Positions 49,621-61,869 are shown, counted from the whole stretch's first letter. The stretch is DNA of 61,869 bases, filler included, from Choristocarpus tenellus KU-1152 (GCA_964200185.2; 12 parts of 12 records of this genome joined end to end with filler, not necessarily neighbours in it); one strand, 5' to 3'. Notes: a model not told the origin generated them from the sequence alone. Numbers and translations are program-made.

Positions 49621-49933
49621 TCATTGCACCGAGGAATGTCCAGGGAAGGGTCGAAATAGACGGAAGCTAACACGGGCTACAGCAGACTGCTCTTTTCGTC
49701 ACGGGGCGCCCACTAATCGTGTTGAAGATGGTTTGAATTTGCTGGTCGGGTGATGTTTCTTGTTTTTTCCCTTTCCTTTTTGATAGTGAAATTTATTTTC
49801 CTAACACTAATTTTGGTAGTGGATTTCCTTATTACCATTATACAAAAAACCATAATGAATTTCATTTTGTCCCAACACTTCAGTAGTGAAATGTTAAATA
49901 GATAATGTGTGATACAATAGATAAATATTATAA

Positions 49934-51121
49934 GTGTCAGAGGGCATAATAATAAAAATATTTATATACTAGGAAGGAAACAAATAATATGTGGAATATT
50001 AGTACAACATTTGATAGCGGTGAAGTAACTGATAGATTAGTGGTTTCCACACGTATAGTGTTATATTATTATTATGCCCTCTGACACTTTGCAGACGTGT
50101 TAGGGGGGAAACCAATGAAAACTATACATTCGTCGTTATTAGCCCTAAAGAAATAAAATATCCTAAACGTAAGAACACTATAAAACATTGTAAGTGTGGA
50201 AATCACTAATCTATCAGTTACTTCACCACTATAAAATATTGTACTACTGTCTTCCTGTGCTTCCCATGCACCTACTCCTCTGCCCCGGGAGGCGCATCCC
50301 AAGAATCCAACAGACCCCTCCGTGCCCATCTCCCTGGTGACTCTGTGTTTTATAGTGTTCTCACGTTTAGGATATTTTTGTTAGGCTAATAACGACATAT
50401 TATGTATAGTTTTCATTGGTTTTCCCCCTGATACATCTCCAAAATGTCAGAGGGCATAATAATAATAAAATAATATGTGGAAAGTAGGTTTTTGTTATTA
50501 TACCGTTAATGCCATGTGCTATATAACGTTATACCGATAGAAGTTGTGTTCTGAGAACTTCGGTTCAACTGTGTGGAGGATATTCGGAATGACATCTTCA
50601 AAATGTCAGAGGGAAAAATAAAGGAAACATACAACAACTCACTATGGACACTAGAGAGGATAGTAGTGGAGGTGGAAGACTCAACAGAGACGACAGATTT
50701 CTTTGAAGGATGCTTCCTGGATGAGCTGGCTACTCACATGGTAGGGGGGAGAGGAACGGGAGGATATAGCAGGGAAGGAGTAGTTAAATCCCGGCTACCC
50801 AAATTGTCTCAGTAACTACGCAAGTGGCACTGTCTAGACGTGTCATGCGTTTTAAGCTGGAGTCACCAGGGAGATGGGCACGGAGGGTTTTATTGGATTC
50901 GTAGGATGCCTCCCTACCTCCTCCCCCCGGGGTACAGGTATAGGTAGATTGGAGACACAGGAAGACAGTAGTACTACATAGTGGTGGGGCAACAAACAGA
51001 TCAGTGTTTTTCACATTTATGATATTTTATTTCTTTAGGGCTTATACTGACATGTAAATAGTTTTCATTGGGTTCCCCCCTGACACATCTACTGCAAAAT
51101 GTGAGAGGGCATAATAATAAA
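49934..51121. mobile_element. Cluster of LINE/SINE 3'-end copies (family D) in both orientations
   Basis: TGTCAGAGGGCATAATAATAA tails at about 49934-49960 (+), 50064-50343 (-), 50345-50470 (+), 50592-50620 (+) and 50860-51121 (+). Confidence 0.75.
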
Positions 51122-52184
51122 TTAAAAAAAATAAATCAGAATGATAGATTTCTGGGGCTTCTTCTAACGTCTCTTTATAAGTACGTTTTCCCGAAGGCGG
51201 ATCTCCTATCTCTGAAAGGTCCCTTTTCTGAAACCCATCCGAGTCGTGATCCTCCCCACTTCCTCAGTTCCCCACTTTTCCCTTCAAGTCCTTTCAGTCT
51301 TGCACTTGTCCAACCATAACCTCGTCCTCTCCATTGCGGCTCATCTTCTTCTGTCTGGTCCGTTTTTTCCAGTGATTCTCTCTTCACCACCCTTGCCTGA
51401 GTGAACTACGCCGCCACAGAATCACCCGATTTATCCTTTTGGCCACACCAGTGAACTCTGAGATAGGGTGGAGGGAATTTTTTTGTTTGATCACTGACTA
51501 AACGTGCCGAACGCAAGATCAAGAAGAAAACGTCGTTAACAAGACCGCCTGATCGAACACCTGGAGGAATCAAGAGAAGCAGATAAGAAAGTTAAAATAT
51601 ATATATATGGGTAAATAGTTGTAACCTATTATCATACATGGTGCATTCTGACTGTTGTTGAATCCTTAAAACCCTGATACGGATATTTTCAACACCCACG
51701 AATGACGAAGATGTAATAACTCTTGTCCAAAAACGCTGTGAGTAAGAAGGCGTCTTTATCAAAGCCATATGCGCATTCCACACGTTGAGGGATTCAACAT
51801 ACATATTCTACGGTTCCTGTGGTGCATTGTGGTGGTCGATGTAGCTCAGACATGGAATGTGTACTTGCCTCTCCCCTACAACGGCATTATGAAGGCACGT
51901 TCCATCAGCCATTATTGTGGAACGCGTAATCTTATGACCAGCAAGTATACTGTATTGTGTATGTAAACGGACAGGTAGAGGGCCAAAATAATGTTGCACA
52001 CTCACCAGAGAACACGAAGGAGCAGACCTTGTGATGGGTACTTGGTATGTAAGTCTCCTTATTGTGTGATGTCTTCCTGGAATTGTACATGAATTTTTGT
52101 GGAACGAGAGGCGTTTTTCTTGCTAATCAAGGATTACATTTGAAAGCCTGCATGACACTATTGACAAGAAATGTTTTATTTGGG

Positions 52185-52208
52185 GGATCAAAGTATCTGG
52201 TTGGGGGG
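52185..52208. mobile_element. MITE TIR at contig end
   Basis: GGATCAAAGTATCTGGTTGGGGGG. Confidence 0.7.
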
Positions 52209-53113
52209 NNNNNNNNNNNNNNNNNNNNNNNNNNNNNNNNNNNNNNNNNNNNTTAATTAATTAANNNNNNNNNNNNNNNNNNNNNNNNNNNNNNNNNNNN
52301 NNNNNNNNAGTCAACAGATGCACATGTTGGTATCATATTTTTATCTCTTTTTTTTTGGGGGGGGGGGGTCTTGTGTGAAGACCATAGCAAGGTTTTATGT
52401 CTACTATGAACTGACTGTGTGCTGTCATGGCGAAATGGATGCCTTCCATGTAGAAATGTGACTTTTTTGGTTCTGTGTGCGGTTTGAACTGGCTCTCCTG
52501 AGAAGAGTTTAATTTAATTGATTCTATTTCTGTTTTTGTACTGGCTGTGGGATATTATTTTTTATTTTTTGTCTTACAATGGTAGGTATTGTGCTTTGTG
52601 TGTAGCGGGGGGGGCGATTAATCCGGTACGTAAAATCGTTTTTGACAGGTTGGAACCGGCCCTGGTAGAAGAAGAAAAGGGTTTTCTATTTCAAATTGGA
52701 CCAATCCAAGAGGAGGTGATAAGTTTTGTCACTGGTTAACTGTCTCCTCTGGTACAAGCCATGAATTGAGTAGTGTGTTTTGTCATTTACATCTGGTGCT
52801 TACGGTTAAGGTTAGGGTTGATCTCTCCTTTTTTGCATGTGGATTAATGTAATTTTATTTGTGTTGACTGTTATCTTTGTAGGCTATGTAACTGTCACAT
52901 GTACTAGATTTGTTTTTCTTGTTTGCCCAGTTCTGGATTGTTTACTGCACAACTTTTTCCTCACATTATTTGTAGGTAGTTAACACTATATCCTTTTTTT
53001 TCTAAACGCATGTACTCGTGCGTTTGTTTTTTCTCACTTATGAAGCTGCTCTCGTTCTGGCTGTTTTTTTTGCTTTTTTGCTTTTGTGTTTTTTTTTTTG
53101 AATGCTTGTGTAG

Positions 53114-54431
53114 CAATCTGGCAGAGGCAGTGTTGGCGATGATTCTTGAGAGGGCAGTTCAATTCTCTTTCCTTGTGGACTGCTTCACAAAGCACTGTGA
53201 GAATCTGAAGACGAAATTTTTTGGGATCCTCTTCAAGGTGAGTGCTTCTTGTGAGAGAAAGGGGTGATTGAATAGGGGTGCCTGTCTTGGGTTTGATTGG
53301 GGGAGAGAGGTATTGTTGTAAATGATGGTGTGTGGGGGAGTTCAATAACCTGTAGTTGTTGTTGGGTGTTTTTGGTGTGTAGTTGATTTTGTCTCTAAGA
53401 TTGGCGGTTGCATTTCTATCTTAGTGGTGAGTGATGGTACCATGGTTAGATAATTTTTTTTATCTAGACAGATAAGGACATTTTTAATATTTTTAATATG
53501 TTTGATCTTGTAATTCGGTATTATTAATTTTTATAATAATACAACAATTGGTTCAGCTAAAGGTTTATCTGTTAAAGTTGGAGTGAAAAATTAAGAAAGA
53601 TTGATGAGAACAATTTCTTTTGCATCGTTTAAGAAAACTCCTGAGAACAATTTCTCCTATGAGTTGGAATATAGAATAAAAAGTAAACTTTGTTGGGCCG
53701 CAAGTCTGTCAGTATTGTAAGTATTAATATATTAATATTTTGGTATTATTCCAGAATGCGTGTTTTCCCTGGGCATCTCCAAGGTGGCCTTTCTGAGAGG
53801 TCCAGGAGTCGTTTGCCATGCCTCTATAGGCTGTCCCTTGAACAGTCACTTGAGCACATCCCATTTGATGTCTATGAAGGAAGGATACATAAACTGTGTT
53901 TGCTGCACTCTCTTATTAGTTCACTGGCTGGCCTATACAATCAATGGAAGTATCTCTTGGAAAGGAATGTCTTGCACTCCTTCACAGTCCGGAAACTCGA
54001 TTGGAACTTTCTGGGAAAGTTCTCTGTAACAAAAAAAATTACGGGAAGGAGTAAAATGGAAATTTCGTTTTTTGGTAGGTGCTAGCATTTTGTTGTAGTT
54101 GTAAATGTCTAGACAGATGGAAGTATTCCCGAAAATCAGCTTACTGGGTTGCACAAGAGGAATGGTTCTGAACAATTTTTTGGTATGGATTTGTTTTTTT
54201 GTTGTTGTACCCCTCTCAAAAAAAGAGAAGCATGGATTCGTTTCCTTCTGCTGACTGCCTTTCAACCTTGGGTCTTGAAGTCCTTAAGTGAAATAGTGAT
54301 GGTAGCTCTGACAGCAACCTGTTCATGTCAAACATGTCACTGGAGACTTAGTATCCCAGGTAGGGTGTGAAATGCATTGGGAGTTGCAGATTTCATAGAA
54401 CTAGTTGCAGAGTTAGGGTTAGTGACGGTAT

Positions 54432-54462
<31 letters not shown>

Positions 54463-57400
54463 CACTTGGGGATGTGGTGGTATTTTATATATATATATAT
54501 ATACATAGAGAGAGAGCACTTGGGGATGGGGTGGTATTTTATATATATATACATAGAGAGAGAGCACTTGGGGATGGGGTGGTATTTTGTATATATATAT
54601 ATACATAGAGAGAGAGCACTTGGGGATGGGGTGGTATTTTATATATATATATATATACATAGAGATAGAGAGCACTTAGGGATGGGGTGCTTACTCTGCC
54701 TATGTCGATGGCTCCCATTGAAAGTTGTGGACACACTCTCTTAGTCAGGAGGTTGTCCACTGAGGGAGAAAATATTGATGTTGTTGGGGTTAGGGTTAGG
54801 GTTAGGTCCGTCGCTGGATGTGCTGCTGCTCCAATTATCAAACAATTATTCTCCCATTTTACTGAGGATGATGCAACTGAATTAATTAGTGAGTCAATTG
54901 CTGATTTGTGTTGGTGTGGTGGTGGGTTCTCTCCCCCCAACTAATCCCAATCAAGGTAGGTGGTTATCTTGCTTGTTTGCTACACTTTGGAATACTGTTC
55001 ACCTTGAGCGTGTTGTATTCTGGACCTCCTCAAGGGCTAGGAAGGAGTGATTGTTATGATCGTGGATGTCGGTTGAAGAGGCGTTCTTGGAAGCTTGGTA
55101 ATTCTCCACCTATCTACCCTGCCCCCAATGTCTGCCAATATATGATGAGAATGCCCAGAGCACTGCTCTGGAGTGGTCATAGAGGACAAATCGTTCAGAG
55201 TCTAGTATTGTGATCTGTAGGTTGTTTGTAGTGCTCTTCTATTTTTAATTCAAATATATATATATAATATTTATTTATTTATTTATGTGTGTGTGTAACG
55301 TGTTCTGTGTACGAATCTCAATTAGAGTGTGACTAACAGAGCGCTTAGTATGGGGGTAGAAGTGTAACCGATACATGGTTAACGCCTGCCTAGTTTTATG
55401 ATAGTGTAGCTGACACCACGACCTCGATCTCGATTCCTTTGAGGAGGAGGGCAAGTTGAAGTTAGTTGATGGACTGAAGAAGAGTTCTGACCTTGTGAAA
55501 ACGCCTCCCTAACTTGGTGTAATTTATGGTGACCCACTTGTCAGGCGTTCTGGGTTCATGTTTATTTTTGTTAGAGTTGATGTGCTTGTTACTCCAAGGT
55601 GGGGGGGGGCTGTGTTTTGTTTGTGAAGCTAGTTGCTTAGTGTCTCTCCAGTCATCTTTCATGTTGCCACGATCGTTATGCTCTCTGCATGTTTGTTGGA
55701 AACTTGGTATTTTCCTCATTCTTGGGAGTCTCTCTCCTATTTGTCATCAGTCGCCCTGCTTCAATTTCCAGCCTCTGCTAAGTGTTGAGAGATCTGCACT
55801 GGTATGACTGTTGTCAATGTTGATGCCAGGTTGTTCTTGGTGTTTGACGCTGCTAGCAGTGAAGGTCACAGGCCTAGCCCTTTCATGAGGGGTATTCCAT
55901 TTGAGGCCTTCAGCGAGAACGTCGCATGGGTGTGATTTTTTAATTTTTTCCCTGGATGCACGAGCAGTGTTTCTTAGGCGTCCCCACTTTTCTCATTTGT
56001 GCTGGTTTGTCCCACATTTTTTTGTTGTTGCATGGAATGGATTTCATTTCATGACAGTGGTCTAGAGACCCGGAATGGACTGTCTGAAGTGACTGTATGA
56101 GTTTACATCATCCTTGTGAGTGGGATTTTTTTTAAATTACTTCAGTTTTTTTTTTTGCCTGTCGAGAATTAATTGGTGTTTTTTTATGTTTATTGATGTT
56201 TGGTGACAGGTACACATCAAATGTGTAGTTTGTGATTCTCAGTTTATTTTAGTCTATTTTTATTGGGTTAAGGATGCTCTTTATTGTAATATGGTCATCA
56301 TTGAAGATGTTGGGTTAAGGATTGTGTTGAGGTTGGAGTTTGATTAGTGTAACATCGACAGAGTTTTTGTTTGATTTGTTTGTGATGATCAAGGAAGATG
56401 GTTACATTTAGATTCCATTTAGAATTGATCTGCTTGCTTTTTTTTAGTGTTTCTTAGTTACATTTGTGAAAGGATTAAGGAATGAGTATTTGGGGAGTGT
56501 GCATCGCCTGTCCAAGGTCTACTTTTTGTAGGCAACACTTTTTTCTTTTTACAAAACTCTTGTTCACTTAGTATTAACTATAGTTCAGGGTGTATTAAGT
56601 AAAATATATATTTTTAAATCCCCAAAACTGTGTTCTTTACTTTTTTCTTTAATATATATTTTTAAATCCCCAAAACTGTTCTTTACTTTTTTCGTTAATA
56701 TATATTTTTAAATCCCCAAAACTGTTTTTTACTTTTCTCAGGATATGCTTCGCATTTTGCCCTCACCAGAAGTGGTCGGAAAGGTCATGAATGACCTGGA
56801 CTTCCAGCTTCCGGAATTATTTGAGAACAAGATTGATGGGATGAGGTTCCTCCAGGACAATGGGCTATGGGTGCTTTTCCCAGTTATGGCGGCTAGGTCA
56901 ATCGTTGAGGGCATGCCGGAGGTATGCATGTAATTGGGGTGATGTGAGGTTTTGTTGGGGTTATGGTAGGCGTTAATGAGGATCCAACCCTTCTGTGTAC
57001 AGAGTAGTTTGATGTGTCTATTTTGGAGGCAGGGGGTGGGAGTTTGGTTTGTGAGGAGAATATATTGAGTTTATTGAGTTTTGTTTGTTGACTAAGTGGG
57101 CGCGTTGATCTTTTTTTTCTACATGCTGTGTATGTGTATGTGTATGATATTTCTTGGTTTGGTTTGTGTGTTGTGCTCTGTGAGGCTGCTGCATGTAAGG
57201 TCTAACTGTCATGTAGAGAATAATTTTATTTTGAAATAGAATTGGCCTATTGTTTTATTTCCTATAGAATGTGGAGGCGATGACTTGACCAATTAAAAAA
57301 AAAGAGAGAGAGAGAAAATGGGGTGAGAAGATACTGAGAGAGAGATACAGACTGATCTATACCACCTGTGGCGTGGGTGGGTCCCCCTTGACATGAATAT

Positions 57401-58136
57401 GTACATGGTAGTGAAATGCAGTCGCCGACATAGATAACATTTCTTGGCATCGGAGATTCAATTTTGAATGGTATTGCAATGTGTTCCTCCAGGAGCTGCA
57501 TCGGCCGGAGCTGCTGGGGTTGCTGACTAAAAACTTCGGGGACTTAAGGAGTAGTAGCATATTCGCTGAAGAGCTGACTGTGGTTCTCACAGAGCTTGAC
57601 ATGAAGAAGTCTAACAAATTGGAGTCTCTGTCACGATACACCTTGAGTGAGTTGGAATGGCTCTGTGAGGACAAGTCCAATGGGCAAATGGGGTGCTTGT
57701 GGGGCATTCTGAAGGTGTACAAGTTCGACGAGTCAGGCAAGCTTGGTGATGACAGTTACATACATACATGAAACGTTTTTTTTTGTATGTGTTTCCTTTT
57801 TTTAATTTTTATAAAATATTGTGTGTTGTAGAAATGGGTGTTTTATCTAAGGCTGGGAGTTGGTATAGGGGAAGGCGTACATATGGGTGGTTTGTTCGAA
57901 GAGTTATCTCCAGGTCTTTCCATCATGACCATGCCACTTTTCATCATGACCATGCCACCTCCGTTGTGTTGTTTTGTTTTTGAGTAGGTGCTCAGCGGGC
58001 GAAGCTCATGGAGGAGATTCTGAGGGAGAATCTTGTGCAGAAAGAGATCTTTGTAGAGTGGTACAAACTACGTGAGCGGATGAGGGACATACTCCCAATT
58101 CCTCTTCAAGAGTTCTTCAGGAGTTTCATTCTATGA
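53114..58136 (+). CDS. C-terminal part of a HEAT-type protein resembling the eIF4G/DAP5 MA3-W2 region. Exons 53114-53237, 56742-56921, 57493-57736 (or 57745), 57988-58136
   Basis: Phase-compatible exons ending in TGA. FLQDNGLWVLFP, QMGCLWGIL and ENLVQKEIFVEW recall the DAP5/eIF4G segments GLSFLFP, QVSALYAL and EIIEEEAFLAW. Exons are solid; the product is inferred. Confidence 0.65.
54427..54690. repeat. Compound minisatellite, 5 copies of (TA)n-CATA-(GA)n-GCACTTGGGGATGGGGTGGTATTT
   Basis: Read directly. Confidence 0.93.
56602..56738. repeat. Tandem repeat of about 46 bp x3 forming the intron 3' end
   Basis: AATATATATTTTTAAATCCCCAAAACTGT..TTTACTTTT three times; the last copy runs into the CAG acceptor. 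Confidence 0.9.
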
Positions 58137-58744
58137 GAGTTTAGGTTTTGTCTACCCCCCTCTTCTTCTGCTTCTTCCCTCCTCCCTTCTCCATCTCCCT
58201 GATGCCTCTTCACCTGGTGCTGTGTTCATCGACTTGCCTGTCCCATTGAGACTGAGGATATGAGCTGAAGTGAGCATCCTTGTATGGATCCTGTGCAGGG
58301 ATATGATGGTTTCGCAATTGGTTGATTATTTTGCGTTTTTTTTTGGCTCTGGATCACCGGTAAATTTGTTCTAATTCGACCGTTTGGCTGCACTATAGGT
58401 TTTTCTGTTGAGGCAGGAAGGTGTGAAGGGTTTGTGGCTAGGGTTGCGATATTGTGGTGAGGCAGAGGGGACACTTGTTTGGTAGCATCCACCTTTTGCC
58501 TTAGGGTGTGGTGGCTGCTATAGGGAGAGTAGGGGAGAGGAATAGGAACTTCTTCAGATGGAGGGTATATTGAAGCAGATTGTTGGTAGTGGAGGACGGG
58601 GATACAAGTAGAGGCTTAGGTGTTTGCAGGTTTTAAGGTTGACTGAGGGGTGTGAAGGTGAAGTCTTGCTTGGCTCAGGTGCATATTCTGGACTTTTGAG
58701 TGTTGATGTGGTTTGGTGTGTGTGTGTGTTGGGACTTGAGGAGT

Positions 58745-58782
<38 letters not shown>

Positions 58783-58924
58783 GGGCACCGCCTGAACCCC
58801 CCGCCCCCCCAAACCCTCGTGTCCNNNNNNNNNNNNNNNNNNNNNNNNNNNNNNNNNNNNNNNNNNNNTTAATTAATTAANNNNNNNNNNNNNNNNNNNN
58901 NNNNNNNNNNNNNNNNNNNNNNNN

Positions 58925-58992
58925 TGTCTTGATTTTGGTCCAAATGGACACCCTGGTGTAGACCCCCCCCCCCCTCCCAGATACTTTGGTTC
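58925..58992. mobile_element. MITE family A right part at contig start
   Basis: CCAAATGGACACCCTGGTGTAGACCCC..CCCAGATACTTTGGTTC. Confidence 0.88.
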
Positions 58993-59091
58993 CAATGCCT
59001 CGTGTGCGTGGCCATTAAGAGTGATGGAAGATGTTAATGTCGACATTGGTGTGGGGAGCGTGAGGTGCAAGCGAGGGGGCTATGGTGGCCT

Positions 59092-59622
59092 TCAAGGCAA
59101 CTTCAGCATTTCAACCCGGTCGCGGTAATACGCGTTGACCATGGAGGGTATAATGACAAACAGGATCTCTCTTGAGAAGATAAGTTTGCCATCTAACAGC
59201 GAAAATGTACTGGCTTTGCAAGTACGTTCCGCACCCATATCAGCTGCTTCTTGGCAAGAGAAAAGATTGAATCCAAGATCTGGGACATGGGCGATATTTT
59301 GAAGCAGTATCTCTACTTCCTTGTTGTCGCATGAAGGAAACAAGGTGGTTATATCACCATGACCAGCGATGCGAGAGGAGGTTTGACTGGCAGTGACTAC
59401 CTTTCGATGTCCTACACAAGGCTTGTAGCTGGTCATGTATTTCACCATGTTTGTTATGTGACATGAAGCCACACTGTTGAAAATCCACTTTTCTCTCTCG
59501 TGGCCAACCCCAACACTTGACACCAAACATTCGTTTACCCCACACTTGCCTAGAGCATTGCTGCTCAGAGACAGCCATCCAATGGCTTGCGGATGCTTTT
59601 CTTGGGAAGGTGTACTATACAT
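59092..59622 (-). pseudogene. Ty1/Copia pol protease region, decayed
   Basis: KWIFNSVASCHIT (WxxDSGASxHM with the catalytic Asp lost), IAGHGDI, LQNIAHVPDLGFNLFS. Confidence 0.88.
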
Positions 59623-60051
59623 ACGAGTGAATATATCGTAATGAGTTTAATGTTACCCAAGTTACAGTACAGTATATATACGACACTGGAATATTGTGGA
59701 GGGGTGGTGTAGATGTGATTCTTGCTGCACCACCACAGCTCCATCAAAATGGACTCACCGAGAGCAATGTTCAATACATATATACATGTAACTACTCTTG
59801 AAGGCACACAGGAAGCACATACAGCAAGGGCATCGCTCTGTTATCGTTCGGGGACAAGTATAACGTGCCTACAATCGCTTTTGGTCGATATAAAATATGA
59901 TTTACTCATCACGATCCCTCCCTCGGTTTAAGAGAAATGTGTTCTTATATACAATAAGAGAGGATCGCGATATAAGAGATGTTTTTTCCTTGCACCTACC
60001 CTCTCTTATATACGTACACTTTTATTATTATGCCCTCTAACCTCTACATAG

Positions 60052-60262
60052 GAGCGAACGTATCTTAGAGAAGTAGGAGTTTTTCCCTGTTTGTCCATTA
60101 TTTGGGACTTGATTTCCCACAGGTTTTTAATGACATTTTACCTACTCCAAAGTATTTTGGAGTAGGTAAAATGTATACGCTATGAAAAGTTGTGTCCAGA
60201 ACAAGGATATTGACATCTCCTAACAAACACGATAGCCAAAGTTACATCAGAATTATTATATT
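60052..60262. mobile_element. MITE family B, diverged and truncated
   Basis: GAGCGAACGTATCTTAGAG..CCCTGTTTGTCCATT..GGAGTAGGTAAAATG..CCTAACAAACACGATAGCCAAA. Confidence 0.85.
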
Positions 60263-60619
60263 GAATGTGGTACTTTTTTGTTTGTTTGTCATCTTTCTTC
60301 TTCTTAACAGAAGAAGACCGCAGATGCATGTTAATTGTTGATTACGTTTTCTTTCTTGCTTGTCATTGCCCCTCATAATACACCAAGTTCACTTTAGAAC
60401 AAGTGTAATTGATACACATGTGCATGCCTATATATTCAGATTTAAACCTCGACAGAAACCATCGTTTACCATGATGACAAGCGTCTTCTTAGCGCATGCA
60501 TTTCTCGCTTTGAGTGCACCAATGAGGAACATCAAATACACATCATCCATCTTCTGACTGAGCTCCAAATACGAAGACTAGATTAAGAATATGTAATATT
60601 CGACCCCAAAAAGACCAAC

Positions 60620-60794
60620 TTGGCGCTCCATTTATGCGTTTTTCACAACATATTCATACCATTTCCAGCACATATAGGAGGGCCCATTTGCACGCCCCAG
60701 TGCAACCCCCCCCCCCCCCCCCCCCCCCCCTCCCCCCCCCAAAACCACCACCCTCNNNNNNNNNNCCCCCCCCCCCCCCCAGATACTTTGGCCC
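60620..60794. mobile_element. MITE family C end
   Basis: Reverse complement of 3900-4015; ends CCCCAGATACTTTGGCCC; 10-N gap inside the poly-C. Confidence 0.75.
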
Positions 60795-61687
60795 AGAACA
60801 AATTCACGAGTGCTTTGCAGCACTATGACACCTCTTCGCATATCAAACTACTCGTTGTACATGAAAGCATGCGTCATTCGATTCAGGTTTCAACACACTA
60901 CTACTGCACTATACAGGTGGCTGTGCATATTATGTTCGTGTATCCAGATGGCGTGTACATCACTGGGATGCAACTCCAGCCTTTATGATCAACTTGCTGA
61001 CACTCTAACCCAGAAGCTACCACAACTACGTTTCGAAGACCTTCGATCTTGATCTCCACAACCCTACAGAAAATTGGTTGTCAGGACAGTGTATTATGTT
61101 AGAATTGATTTATGTTCTACTCATGAACCAGATCTATATTTCCGTATCTTTTGTGGATGGTACAGTACAAGAATGCCTTCGCAATAAACTTACCCACCAA
61201 TTTCTACTGAACTTTAAGAGAAATTATATATATATACTGTAATGTGAAAAGAATAAGCTGACTTGTGTATCTAGAGTGAAAAGAATAGTGTATGATAATC
61301 TGACGTCTTTATGTGTAACGGATTATTATAGATAGTATCTTATTGAATGATTTAATCACAATTTGATCACAATGATGTTAAGGTAGTTTGAAGAGAATTA
61401 TTGTAATGTTGGTATATGGCGCTGCATGATTGCTACACATTCAACCAATCTTCTGTTCTTGATACATGAGGAGGAGTGGGTAGTTAGTAGGTTGATGAGT
61501 GCGTTAGTGGGGTGGACCAGTGTCGCATACAGATATTCTCAGGGTTCAAGTGCTTGCACTCGTAAAACTGACGACCAGGACAGAACCTGAATGCTCCGCA
61601 TTCTTCTATCTCAAGGCGGAGGCCAAGCGCCCCTGCTGCACGTGCTGTGAGCTTTTCCTTGGACTTTCGTCTGGGCTACTGGTAGGT

Positions 61688-61850
61688 GACTCAAAGTATC
61701 TGGGGGGGGTGGCGGCTGTCCATTTGGGATCAATCTTTTCATATCGCGATTTTTTGGTGATTTGATTCCATACGTCGGATGGATAATGTAAATGTAATTT
61801 TCCTGATTTTGGCCCAAATGGACACCCTGGTGTAGAACAGCCCCAACCCC
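61688..61850. mobile_element. MITE family A, right TIR lost
   Basis: GACTCAAAGTATCTGGGGGGGGTGGCGGCTGTCCATTTGGG ... CCCAAATGGACACCCTGGTGTAGA. Confidence 0.9.
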
Positions 61851-61869
61851 CGTCCCGCCACACCTTGTT

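Noticed and set aside
51835-51900. TAGCTCAG A-box as a tRNA
   Set aside because: No B-box or cloverleaf downstream
5664-58924. Recurrent TTAATTAATTAA palindrome inside N-runs as a biological motif
   Set aside because: It is identical 11 times, embedded in Ns and has stops in all six frames, so it is an assembly concatenation linker. Gene neighbourhoods across it are meaningless.

Overview
This window is eukaryotic nuclear DNA. It is not one locus: 12 contigs are joined by artificial 100-nt N-TTAATTAATTAA-N spacers, so adjacency across a spacer means nothing. The organism is most likely an ochrophyte (brown-alga-like stramenopile), because a class II DAHP synthase carries a bipartite signal peptide with an ASAF-type plastid motif. 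Spliced genes that can be reconstructed by eye: DAHP synthase (6 exons, minus), a Zeta-toxin-like P-loop kinase (at least 4 exons, minus) head-to-head with a Rab32/38-type GTPase that has a long N-terminal extension, a REX1/REXO1-like DEDDh exonuclease, a complete 3-exon coiled-coil orphan gene, and an eIF4G/DAP5-like C-terminal region. The rest is transposon debris: a decayed plant-type mariner (about DD39D) transposase, an RTE-like endonuclease, a Copia protease region, Penelope-like remnants, LINE/SINE 3' tails and many intronic minisatellites. The most striking structure is a dense set of three MITE families. They share a 14-bp terminus (GRSYCAAAGTATCT) and a subterminal CCAAATGGAC motif, and appear to make 4-bp target-site duplications (Sola-like). 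I found no CRISPR array, rRNA or intact tRNA. All homology calls come from motif recognition, not database searches.
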